Shown: in pieces, positions 34,103 through 43,226 of the stretch
Numbering within the stretch: the first letter of the stretch is position 1
How the letters are laid out: every line of letters begins with the position of its first letter
Assembly (NCBI GenBank): GCA_965207225.1
Contig: CBDBLV010000005.1
Location: 704,001 to 768,000 of the forward strand
Source of the DNA: Dehalococcoidia bacterium
Lineage (GTDB): Bacteria; Chloroflexota; Dehalococcoidia; Plut-88900
DNA: 64,000 nucleotides
Reading direction: 5' to 3'
Notes under the pieces: model-generated
Database searches by the model: none
Told to the model about the DNA's origin: nothing
Seen by the model: only the letters and a program-made list of their open reading frames with translations
Program-made: the position numbers and the translations under genes

Positions 34103-34567
34103 CTGGACCACCCAGACCCGAGGGTGCGCGCCATGTAAAGTAACTCCCGGGGGCTACCCGCCGATCACTGGCCCCCACTGCGCCCTTAGGCGCCTGGGAG
34201 CGGGTCAAGGCTCGGATGTCTGCCCGGACAGCCCGTGCTCCCCATCAAGCATAAGGGTGCGGCCGGCTGCAAGTTCCTCCGCCTGCGTGGTGGAGCGGAC
34301 CCTCCATGGCCCCCGACAGCCGGAACACCGCAGAAGAGTGGAGGCCAACGGCTCGCCAGGTGCGTCTTCCATCGCCGCCCCAAAACCCCACCAGACAGAA
34401 CCCAAACCCGAAACCTCACAACCGAATAAAGCCTCGATGCGTCACAACCTACCAAAAGAGTTTAGCCACTCGCACGAATCGCCGACGGGGAGTATCATTC
34501 GCGTTGTACGGGACTCGCTTCTCGTGCATGTGGCCCGCTCTAGCGTGGGAAGGCGTGTGAAACAGAT

Positions 34568-35551
34568 ATGAGCGCCGTCATTATCGATGGCCGCCGGATC
34601 GCCGATAATGTCCGGCTGGGCGTTAAATATGGCGTTCAGGAGCTGAAATCCAAGACGGGGGTCGTGCCGGGCCTCGCTGTGGTCCTTGTTTCCGACGACC
34701 CCGCCTCCAGCAGGTACGTTGCTGCCAAGGAGAGGGCCGCCGAGGAGTCCGGCATCTACTCCCAGACTTTCAAACTCCCCGCCAGCACCTCCGAACCCGA
34801 CCTCCTGGACTTCATCGAACGCCTCAACCACGACGACCGGTTCCACGGCATCCTCATCCAGTTCCCCGTCCCGCACGGCATCGACATGCTCAACGTCATC
34901 AACGCCGTTGACCCCATGAAAGACATCGAGGGCCTTCACCCCCTGGATGTGGGCTGGCTCCTGGCCGGAGAGCCCAGATTCGTGCCCTGCACCCCCGCAG
35001 GCATCCATCGAATGCTGGTCTCCATTGGCCACCACCCGGACGGAAAGCACGTAGTGGTGGTCGGCGGTAGCCTCATCGTCGGCCGACCCCTCGCCGCCCT
35101 TCTTCTCCAGGAAAAGCCCTGGGCCAACGCTACCGTTACCATCTGCCATCTCGGCACCACGGACGTCCCCAGCATCACCCGCATGGCCGACATCCTCGTG
35201 GTCGCTACTGGCAACCCCCAGGGCATAACCGGGGACATGGTCAAGAAGGGCGCAGTTGTAGTGGACGTCGGGATACACGCCATCCCGGACCCGACCAGAA
35301 AGAAAGGCTACCGCATCGTCGGCGACGTGGACTACGACTCCGTGAAGGAGAAGGCCCTTGCCATAACTCCCGTGCCGGGAGGTGTGGGAGTAATGACCGT
35401 CGCTATGCTGATGGTCAACACCCTGAAGGCGGCCAGGCTTTCAGCCGAGCCCGTGCTGCCTCCCTTCAGGATCGAGGACTACATGCACATCCGCCCCAGG
35501 TACGACACCGCCCACACCTACCTGACCTACCGGGACCCTACCAGCCGATAG
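34568..35551 (+). CDS. folD: Methylenetetrahydrofolate dehydrogenase/cyclohydrolase (divergent)
   Basis: IIDG, PGLAVVLV, YxxxK (YVAAK), PCTPAG, NATVTICH, GDVD, TPVPGGVG. Confidence 0.93.
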   Translation: MSAVIIDGRRIADNVRLGVKYGVQELKSKTGVVPGLAVVLVSDDPASSRYVAAKERAAEESGIYSQTFKLPASTSEPDLLDFIERLNHDDRFHGILIQFPVPHGIDMLNVINAVDPMKDIEGLHPLDVGWLLAGEPRFVPCTPAGIHRMLVSIGHHPDGKHVVVVGGSLIVGRPLAALLLQEKPWANATVTICHLGTTDVPSITRMADILVVATGNPQGITGDMVKKGAVVVDVGIHAIPDPTRKKGYRIVGDVDYDSVKEKALAITPVPGGVGVMTVAMLMVNTLKAARLSAEPVLPPFRIEDYMHIRPRYDTAHTYLTYRDPTSR

Positions 35552-37253
35552 CGTACCCGTCCCGACGAGGGTCCGCCGCCCCGAACAGCGCCCCTGTCGC
35601 CGGGTCCCGACGTATCATCACCTCGCTCCCCGACGCACCCCAGTCCCCCAGGATCTCCAGTTCGTGGCCCTTATTCTCCAGCGCCCTTCTAGCTTTCTCC
35701 GGGAACCGGCCCTCCAACTGCAGCCTGTCCCCAAACTCCCTCGGCTCCGTCGACTCCGTATTGTTCTGAAGGTGCCTCCATCTCGGGGCCTCCACCGCCT
35801 CGGACACATTCATTCCGAAGTCCAGGACGTGGGTGATAACCTGCATGTTGGTCTGGACCTGGGTGTCGGCGCCCGGGGTACCGCAGACCAGGACCAGCTC
35901 GCCGTTCGTCATCGCATTCTCCTCCCCCTCGAAAACCATCACCGGATTCATCGTATGCCTCACCCGACGCCCCGGAGTCAGGCAGTTGATGTGGTTGGGG
36001 TCAAGGTGCCAGTAGGTCATCCGGTCGTTGAGCAATATCCCCGTCCCGTCCACCACCACCCCGGACCCGAATGACGTCTGCTGGCTCTGTAGCTGGCTCA
36101 CCGCATTACCCCACCTGTCCACTACCACAAAGCACGTAGTGTCCCCTCCCCTGTCCCTCACCGTGCCTCGTTTTGCCACCTGTCTCTCCTTCGCCGGTCC
36201 GTCCTGATACTTGTACGGGTCCCCAGGAGCGACCTCCCTGTTCACCCTCCTCCGGTCTATGAGTGATGCCCGCTCCCACGCGTACATCTTGGAGAGCAGC
36301 CCTTGAATGGGTATGTCCAGGTAGTCAGGATCGGCAACGTATGCCTCCCTGTCGGCGAAGGCCAGCTTCTTTGCCTCCACCATTACGTGCACGGCCTCGG
36401 GCGTATTGCACCCGAGATCCCGGATGTCCATATGCTCGATGATGTTCAGCTCCTGCAACAGCACGTGTCCGCTGGAGTTCGGCGGCACCTCGAAGACTGT
36501 GTGCCCGTGGTAAGTGGTCGAAATAGGGTCCTGCCACTCCCCGTGAAACCGCCCCAGGTCCTCCAGTGAGAGAAGGCCACCGTTCAACCGGTTGTAGCGG
36601 ACTATGGCCTCGGCTATTTCGCCCCGGTAAAACACGTCCGCCCCGCCGGAGGCTATCAATTCGAAGGTATCAGCCAGGTCTCCCTGGTACAGGACTTCCC
36701 CAGCCTCCAGGGGTCGACCTCCCGGCGCAAATATCTCCTTCGATACCGGGTGGTTACACAGGAACGTATCATCTGCTATATCTTTTGCGAGCTTTCTGCT
36801 AACCGGAAAGCCGTCCCTTGCCAGCCCGACCGCCGGTGCAAATATCTCGGAGATCGGTAGTGACCCGTATCTCTCATGGGCCGCGAGCCAGGCGTCCAGC
36901 AACCCCGGCACCGACACCGATAGAAGCCCCTTCTCAGGGATGCCCGTGTCCGCATACCTCTCCCGAGTCGCCGCTAGGGGCGCGGGCCCCGTGCCGTTCG
37001 CGACCTCTATCTTCCCCAAGTCCCGACGGTAGACCATGATGAAGCCATCTCCCCCTATCCCCGACATCTGTGGCTCTACAACGTTCACCGCGGCGGCCAC
37101 CGCTATCGCCGCGTCAACCGCATTCCCACCCTGTTGCAGTATCGAAATACCCGCTTGTGATGCCAGCGGATGTCCCGAGGCCACCATTCCGTTCCGCCCC
37201 ATGATGTCGGGCCTGTGCGATTCAAACTGTACGCCGTGTGGAGAACTTGGCAT
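35538..37253 (-). CDS. ggt: Gamma-glutamyltransferase
   Basis: GGNAVDAAIA, SGIGGDGF, VPG, PPNSSG, nucleophile DTT, FGSG, HTMNP, GTPGAD, ADPRRDG. Confidence 0.95.
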   Translation of the reverse strand: MPSSPHGVQFESHRPDIMGRNGMVASGHPLASQAGISILQQGGNAVDAAIAVAAAVNVVEPQMSGIGGDGFIMVYRRDLGKIEVANGTGPAPLAATRERYADTGIPEKGLLSVSVPGLLDAWLAAHERYGSLPISEIFAPAVGLARDGFPVSRKLAKDIADDTFLCNHPVSKEIFAPGGRPLEAGEVLYQGDLADTFELIASGGADVFYRGEIAEAIVRYNRLNGGLLSLEDLGRFHGEWQDPISTTYHGHTVFEVPPNSSGHVLLQELNIIEHMDIRDLGCNTPEAVHVMVEAKKLAFADREAYVADPDYLDIPIQGLLSKMYAWERASLIDRRRVNREVAPGDPYKYQDGPAKERQVAKRGTVRDRGGDTTCFVVVDRWGNAVSQLQSQQTSFGSGVVVDGTGILLNDRMTYWHLDPNHINCLTPGRRVRHTMNPVMVFEGEENAMTNGELVLVCGTPGADTQVQTNMQVITHVLDFGMNVSEAVEAPRWRHLQNNTESTEPREFGDRLQLEGRFPEKARRALENKGHELEILGDWGASGSEVMIRRDPATGALFGAADPRRDGYAIGW

Positions 37254-37422
37254 ATCCTGGCCTCCGGGAAGCTAGAGTTGGACTGGATTATAGCGGACGC
37301 TCCCTATTGCGATGCTTTGCCATTCCCTTCCTCAGCCAAGGCCTGACCGATGGATGCAACTATTCCAGTTGACTTGACTGTATCTGACAAAGGGCGCTAT
37401 TGCCCTTTTTTGATAGCCTGTT

Positions 37423-37451
37423 TTGCCCTCTCCATAGCGGAGTTGTATACT
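37423..37451 (+). promoter_or_regulatory. Putative sigma70 promoter of the P450 fusion gene
   Basis: TTGCCC-N17-TATACT; SD GGAGG before ATG 37516. Confidence 0.55.
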
Positions 37452-37515
37452 GAAATTATTGAGACCTATCTAAGGTCGCCTGGAGTGCCTAGTCGATGCT
37501 CGGAGGAACAGATCG

Positions 37516-39540
37516 ATGACCCTGACGAAGGGCACTGAATCCACTGCCCTAAGCTTGCCCGAGGAGCTAATCATCATGCTCCTCAATGAGGAAACCGGCT
37601 ATTTCCACCAGGTGCCGGGCTGGGACTTGAATTGTGCTATCGCCGGCGCCGTAATCGCCGAGCTTTCCCTGCGTTCCCGTATAGACACCGATATGGAGTC
37701 CCTGTACCTCCTGGACGACACCCCTACAGGGGATTCAACCCTCGACCCCATCCTCAAGGAAATTGCTGACGAGCCTGTTCGTCATAACGCCCAGTACTGG
37801 GTCGAGCGCCTGGCTCCTCGCGCCGAATCCATCATAGATCTCACCTTGGACCGCTTGACAGGGCTCAAAATCCTCGAGCACCACGATGGCGAGTTCTGGA
37901 CACTATCTCGTTCTGCCTGGAGCGGCGGGTCACTCAGTGACTCGAGGAACGGCTCCGCCACGGAGTTCGTCAGGACGCGTATTGACAGGATCATCTTCGA
38001 AAACGAACTCCCCGACCCACGCGACATCATCATTATCTGCCTCATCAACACCTGCGACGTTTTCCGCTTCATGTTCCAGCTGGACGAGGAGTCAGAAAAG
38101 CGCATCGGGTTCATATGCAATATGGACTTGATCGCCCAATCAATTGCAACCGCTGTATCCCAAAACTTCGCCGGCCCTTTGTTGAGACGGTCGGCGCTTA
38201 CCAAGGATATCCCGAGAGTATCCCTGCGCAAAATGCTCTTCAATCCGCATCTTCGCAATGGGAACATACCGGCTCTCTTTGCCGACCTCGCCAAGGAGTA
38301 TGGCCCTGTTTTTGAGGTCCGTCCCCCGTTTTCCAAGTCTATGATCTTCCTCGCCGGCCCCGAGACGAATCACTGGGTGCATCGCCGCGGCCGAATGTAC
38401 CTGAGGGCAAGGGACTATTTTGAGGGTCTCGAGAAGGTCTATGGCGCGGCCGGGGTGTTGCCTTCTCTGGACGGCGCCGACCACTTCAGGCTCCGCAAGT
38501 CCTTGTCGTCTGCCTATTCCCGAAAAAGACTGGCAGATCAGATGGACGACCTGTTCGGCCATGCTCGTATGCACATGGCCCAGTGGAAGGTTGGTGAGTC
38601 CTATCCTGCAACCGGCATGAGCCGCTCCATGATAAACGCTCAAATATCACCCCTCCTGATCGGCGTGGAATCCCAAGACCTCATCGACGACTTGCTGAAG
38701 TTCAAAGAACGGGCCCTTGCCGTTCACATCCTGAAAGTTATGCCCAAGTTCATGCTGAAAACTCCCGGCATGAGGCGTCGTGCGAAAAAAATCGAAACCT
38801 TGCTTGAACGCATCCAGCGTGTGCATACCCCGGCTCAGCGAGCCGGGCAACATCGAAACCTTGTGGACGACTATCTGAGCCTCCACGCCAGCGACCCCCA
38901 GTTCGTGCCAGAGTCCAACCTGCGGTTCAATTTCACCGTGGCGCTGGTGGCCAGTGCATACCTTGGCGACGCATTCAGCTTTGCCTTATACGCTATGGCT
39001 TCGCAGCCTGAAATGTACGCGAAAATCCAAGCCGAAGCCGACGCCCTGTTCGACAATGGAGACCCGGGTCCCGATAACTTTGATCCCTCTTCAATCGACG
39101 TCACCCACAGGTTCCTAATGGAATGCCTGCGCATGTATCCCATCGTTCCGATGTCCCTGCGGCACGTGATGAATGCGTGTGTTGTTGAAGATTACGAATT
39201 GCCCGTGGGCTCAAGGGTCGCCATTGCCCAGACGGCCTCCCATTACATGAGCGATATCTTTCCCGACCCCTTCAAGTTCGATATAGACCGCTACCTCCCG
39301 CCGAGAAATGAGCACCGCAGTCCCGGGTACGCACCCTATGGACTCGGAACTCACACCTGCCTCGGATCCCGGTGGATGGAACTGCAGCTTGCCGTTAACG
39401 TCCTCATGGTGGCGCATTACTTTACGCTAAAGGTGTCGCCTCCCAATTTCAAGTTAAGAATCAATCCCTTACCCTCGTTGAAACCCAGCAAGAAGCTGAG
39501 ATTTCTCATTGCAGAGCAGCGGCGAGATTTGAACGTTTAG
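37516..39540 (+). CDS. GPP34 (GOLPH3/Vps74)-domain-cytochrome P450 fusion
   Basis: N-terminal ~215 aa LSLPEELIIMLL..AGAVIAEL..RI..PTGD..LD (GPP34 pattern); C-terminal ExxR (ECLR), FDIDRY and heme motif YGLGTHTCLG. Confidence 0.9.
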   Translation: MTLTKGTESTALSLPEELIIMLLNEETGYFHQVPGWDLNCAIAGAVIAELSLRSRIDTDMESLYLLDDTPTGDSTLDPILKEIADEPVRHNAQYWVERLAPRAESIIDLTLDRLTGLKILEHHDGEFWTLSRSAWSGGSLSDSRNGSATEFVRTRIDRIIFENELPDPRDIIIICLINTCDVFRFMFQLDEESEKRIGFICNMDLIAQSIATAVSQNFAGPLLRRSALTKDIPRVSLRKMLFNPHLRNGNIPALFADLAKEYGPVFEVRPPFSKSMIFLAGPETNHWVHRRGRMYLRARDYFEGLEKVYGAAGVLPSLDGADHFRLRKSLSSAYSRKRLADQMDDLFGHARMHMAQWKVGESYPATGMSRSMINAQISPLLIGVESQDLIDDLLKFKERALAVHILKVMPKFMLKTPGMRRRAKKIETLLERIQRVHTPAQRAGQHRNLVDDYLSLHASDPQFVPESNLRFNFTVALVASAYLGDAFSFALYAMASQPEMYAKIQAEADALFDNGDPGPDNFDPSSIDVTHRFLMECLRMYPIVPMSLRHVMNACVVEDYELPVGSRVAIAQTASHYMSDIFPDPFKFDIDRYLPPRNEHRSPGYAPYGLGTHTCLGSRWMELQLAVNVLMVAHYFTLKVSPPNFKLRINPLPSLKPSKKLRFLIAEQRRDLNV

Positions 39541-39573
39541 GTCACTCTTGCCCGACGTGAGCGAAGGAGGGGC

Positions 39574-40611
39574 CTAAAGGGGTTTGCGGGCCAGGAAGCA
39601 GTACAGCGGTGTGAATACCCCGGCCCTTCCACCTGCGACATAAGCATTCGCGGTCCGATCAAGCAACCTCACCACTTCCGATGACCCTTTTGGGAACATC
39701 CCCAGCGTCTCGGCCACCCTGGACATGGCTATGAATAGCTTACGTCCCAGCGGAATCCTGCGCAGGGCGTTGCCCAGCGTTCCATGCCGATTGTCCATCG
39801 GTTGATACCACGACGTGATTGGACCGTTCCCTTCCACAGCCCGGTCCTTCCCCTCGATAACTTCAAATCCCACCGATTCCAGGTCCCGATTCACCTCTCC
39901 CATAGTCGCTATATCCTTGAGCGCGATGCCACGCATAAGTTCCCTTTTGATGGCCTGGTGCCGGCTGTCTTCGGGGTCGAACCTGTTCGTCATGCACATC
40001 TCCTGGCCCCAGAAGAAGGCCCCGGGCTTCAGCACGCGGTAGATTTCCGCGAATGCCCCTGCCTTGTCCGGCGCATGGCACGTAGATTCAATCGCGTAGC
40101 CCCGGTCGAACGTGTTGTCCGCAATGGCGCCCATGTCCATGAAACTGCATGCAAGGTAGTCAACCATGTGGTCGAGTCCCGCCTCTTGATTCAATGACCT
40201 GGCCTTCTCTAACTGGACTTCGCTTCTATTGATCCCCGTGATCTTCACCCCTGCCTCCCGGGCCACCCGGCGCATAGGACCCCCAATCCCACACCCGACA
40301 TCAATCACGGTCATGCCTTCACGCAGTTCAAGCTTGGCGATCATCAGCCTCTGGTGCCGAATCTTGGATTCCTCCAGGGTTTCGCCGGGAGTTAGGGGGG
40401 CAAAGTGGAGGGACTCGCCCCAACCGAACACCATGAACTCATTGCACAGGTCGTAGTATTCCCTCACGGTTTCGGTGTGGTCGTAGTCTGTCGAGTTGGC
40501 ATTCCTCCCGTCGGCTCTTTTCATCCATCCGTCGAAGTGGTCAACGCGTCGGTGCACGTCCGACCCACGGTACGCGGCCTTCAGCCCACTGGATAGTTTC
40601 CGGAGTTGCAC
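39574..40611 (-). CDS. Sterol 24-C-methyltransferase (Erg6/SMT)-like SAM methyltransferase
   Basis: FGWGESLHF, DVGCGIGGP, YAIESTCHAP, YRVLKPG and Sterol_MT_C-like tail AGG..VFTP..FLARKP. Confidence 0.88.
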   Translation of the reverse strand: MQLRKLSSGLKAAYRGSDVHRRVDHFDGWMKRADGRNANSTDYDHTETVREYYDLCNEFMVFGWGESLHFAPLTPGETLEESKIRHQRLMIAKLELREGMTVIDVGCGIGGPMRRVAREAGVKITGINRSEVQLEKARSLNQEAGLDHMVDYLACSFMDMGAIADNTFDRGYAIESTCHAPDKAGAFAEIYRVLKPGAFFWGQEMCMTNRFDPEDSRHQAIKRELMRGIALKDIATMGEVNRDLESVGFEVIEGKDRAVEGNGPITSWYQPMDNRHGTLGNALRRIPLGRKLFIAMSRVAETLGMFPKGSSEVVRLLDRTANAYVAGGRAGVFTPLYCFLARKPL

Positions 40612-40623
40612 TAGCCTGGTTTC

Positions 40624-43101
40624 CTATGGTGATTCCTGTTCCTGCTCATGCCGCCTGTGGATATCATCTATAGCCACGTCCAGGTCGGTCCACATCCGTT
40701 CCACCATGGAGCGCAGCCGCATGTTCTGGTATGCGCCCCAGACTGTCATGGCCGTCGGCACAACCAGGATCGATACTATCAACGAGTAGACGATGGTTAT
40801 CGCCGCCGTTATCCCGAAGTCCCGAGATGCGTCTAGCGGTGAGAATACCAGCACCCCCAACCCCAGTCCCGTGGTCAGCGCGGATCCCAGCAGCGCCGAC
40901 CCCGTTGTTGCCAGAGTCTTGATAGCCGCCTTCTCCGGGCTCCTCAGCCGTGCGAACTCTTCCCGGTACCGGTGGATTATGTGGATCGTGTAGTCCACCC
41001 CGATCCCGATGGACAGCGCCGTGATGATCGATGTAACCAGTGAGTACGGGATGTCCAGCAGTGCCATGGTGCCCAACACCCAGATCAGGACCAGCACTAT
41101 CGGGCCCACGGCGAATACCGCCAGTATCGGCTGGCGGAGCGTCACCCAGAAGAAGATTCCCAGGACAGCCAGGGCTACCCCGACCGTGGTTGTAATAGCC
41201 TCAGTCTGCCGATTCGTGATCGCATCCGTGACCGTCACGGAGACCAAGCTCAAGGAAGTCGCCGTGATGGCTTCGTCGTCACCCGACCAAAGCTCCTCGA
41301 TCTCATCCTGGAGGATCTTGTTGGCCGCCGGATCGTCGTTGAATGCCGGGAACTGGAATAGCATCGTATCTATGCCATCGGGATTGTCCACCAGCACGTG
41401 TGCCGTAGCAGGGTCCAGCTCCTCCATCCTGTCAATCAACTCTTGCATCTTTACCGGATTCAACTCGAGCCCGGCATCTGCATCCCGATAGAGAGATGCC
41501 AATGTTTCATCGAACTTGTCGCCTGGGGCCCCACTGTCGTGCGTCCAGTCCCTTACCAGCAATTCGTATGAGGAAACTATCGGCCCCGCGGCCGCCTGGG
41601 GTCGACGCCTCTCATCCTCGAAAGCGCGCTCGAGGTCTCGCATGTTCAATAGCGTGCGCGTCTCCGTCGCCTCTGCCTTGACGATCACGCTCACCATCTC
41701 TGTAGATCCCCCCACCGACGCGTCCAGCGTATCCATGTCGGTCCTCAGCTCTCCACCCCTCGGCAGGATGTCCCGAATGCTGAACTCCGACTCGATGTCC
41801 GTGGCCGCAAACCCGAGCCCCACTGTAATCGCCAGCACTACCAGCAGGAATGGAGCGGGCCGCCTAGTTACGTTCCTCCCCAACACCTCAGCCAGTCTCT
41901 CGACCCCCGGAAGCGCCTGGGCAATGGGCCGAGGTGGTTTCAGCGTTCCTCGGGCCTCTCGCCTCCTGTCTATGATCGTCCTGCCTGCCGGGACAAAGGT
42001 AAGCATTACAATCAGGCTTAGCCCCACCCCCAGCCCCCCGATGATCCCGAAGTCTCCTACTATCTCCACCGTCGAGAACAGGCTCACCAGAAGGCTCGCG
42101 ATCGTCGTCACCGCAGCCAGCACCAGCGGCAGAATCACGTTTCGCAGTCCCGTCCGTATCGCAGGCGTCACTGTCAGGCCCGCAGTGCGTTGCTCCCTGT
42201 AGTGCGAAATCATCTGGATCGCGTAGTCAACCGTAAGGCTGATCACGATGATTGGCACCATCGTTGTCAGTGAGTTCGGAGGCCCCGTTGCCCCTAGGGC
42301 ATTTGGCCCGAGCCACCCCTCCGCCCCGACTATCCAGATCAACGCTACCAGGAGGCCTACCAGCGTAAGCAGCAGGTCGGTGATGGTGCGCATGAACAGC
42401 AGGAGCAGCCCCGCAATCAGCAAAAATGCAATCCCAATAAGCGGGAGCATTCCCGTTTCCGTGGCTTCCTTGTATTCGTCTTCGATTATCACTGGGGAGA
42501 GGCTGCTTACCTCCAGGCGCCCTTCGCTCTCTACCGCCAGCTCGTGTATTCTTCGCTCCGCTTCCTCGACCCGCTCGTCCCCCGTGTCCCGAAGCCGGAT
42601 GTTGGCTATCGAGATCTGAGTGCCATCCGTGTCAGTTCCTGTCAATGCCTCCAACGCCCTCTTGATCTCCGGAGGCCCGGTCGCCGCCTCTATTCTGGCT
42701 TCGGTAACTGACTCAAAGTCCTCCACCTGCAGAAGGACCCGTACCAGGTCCGTCGGCGCAATTACTGGGTCGGTCGGCGCTAGCAGCCCCGACACCGCCG
42801 GATCCCCGACCACCTCGTTGATCAGGTCGTCCATCTGGGACAACCCGTCTGGAGTCAGGGTGTCGCCCCGGAAGATCAGCGTCACCACGCTAGTCTCTCC
42901 CGACTCTCCGAACAGTTCGTCAATCTCATTCATCGCCGCGGTTATGGGACTTCCCTTGGGCAGGGTTGCTTCGGTTTCGGGAGGAGGCGCGCGGCGATCC
43001 GCGCCCATCGCCAGCAACACTGTAATGATCAGCAGGATCAATATCGTTATGTATGGACGGGCAGTAATCACCCAGCTAAGCCAACCGAGGATTTTGTTCA
43101 T
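40624..43101 (-). CDS. MMPL/RND-family lipid transporter
   Basis: 825 aa in two repeats (1 TM, large loop, 5 TM); SLTVDYAI and GIGVDYTIH; SALTT. Confidence 0.92.
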   Translation of the reverse strand: MNKILGWLSWVITARPYITILILLIITVLLAMGADRRAPPPETEATLPKGSPITAAMNEIDELFGESGETSVVTLIFRGDTLTPDGLSQMDDLINEVVGDPAVSGLLAPTDPVIAPTDLVRVLLQVEDFESVTEARIEAATGPPEIKRALEALTGTDTDGTQISIANIRLRDTGDERVEEAERRIHELAVESEGRLEVSSLSPVIIEDEYKEATETGMLPLIGIAFLLIAGLLLLFMRTITDLLLTLVGLLVALIWIVGAEGWLGPNALGATGPPNSLTTMVPIIVISLTVDYAIQMISHYREQRTAGLTVTPAIRTGLRNVILPLVLAAVTTIASLLVSLFSTVEIVGDFGIIGGLGVGLSLIVMLTFVPAGRTIIDRRREARGTLKPPRPIAQALPGVERLAEVLGRNVTRRPAPFLLVVLAITVGLGFAATDIESEFSIRDILPRGGELRTDMDTLDASVGGSTEMVSVIVKAEATETRTLLNMRDLERAFEDERRRPQAAAGPIVSSYELLVRDWTHDSGAPGDKFDETLASLYRDADAGLELNPVKMQELIDRMEELDPATAHVLVDNPDGIDTMLFQFPAFNDDPAANKILQDEIEELWSGDDEAITATSLSLVSVTVTDAITNRQTEAITTTVGVALAVLGIFFWVTLRQPILAVFAVGPIVLVLIWVLGTMALLDIPYSLVTSIITALSIGIGVDYTIHIIHRYREEFARLRSPEKAAIKTLATTGSALLGSALTTGLGLGVLVFSPLDASRDFGITAAITIVYSLIVSILVVPTAMTVWGAYQNMRLRSMVERMWTDLDVAIDDIHRRHEQEQESP

Positions 43102-43226
43102 CGTTTACCCTTCCGTATCAGGCGTCCATGGGTTTCGAAACAGCCGTCTTCCGGACCAGTTCATTTGGCCTATCCCTAACGACATCCTTCCACTGCATCT
43201 TCTCTCGAGGTCCGGTCCCAGTCCAA

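Noticed and set aside
33940-34200. ZTP (pfl) or THF riboswitch upstream of folD
   Set aside because: GACTGGC and CGCCTGGG fragments occur but not in the required architecture, and they lie >350 nt from folD, which has a nearer -10-like TATCAT (~34493).
33288-34571. ORFs 33288-33551, 33429-33848, 33978-34571 and others as proteins
   Set aside because: They are translations of palindromes and repeats, with atypical composition and no supported start.
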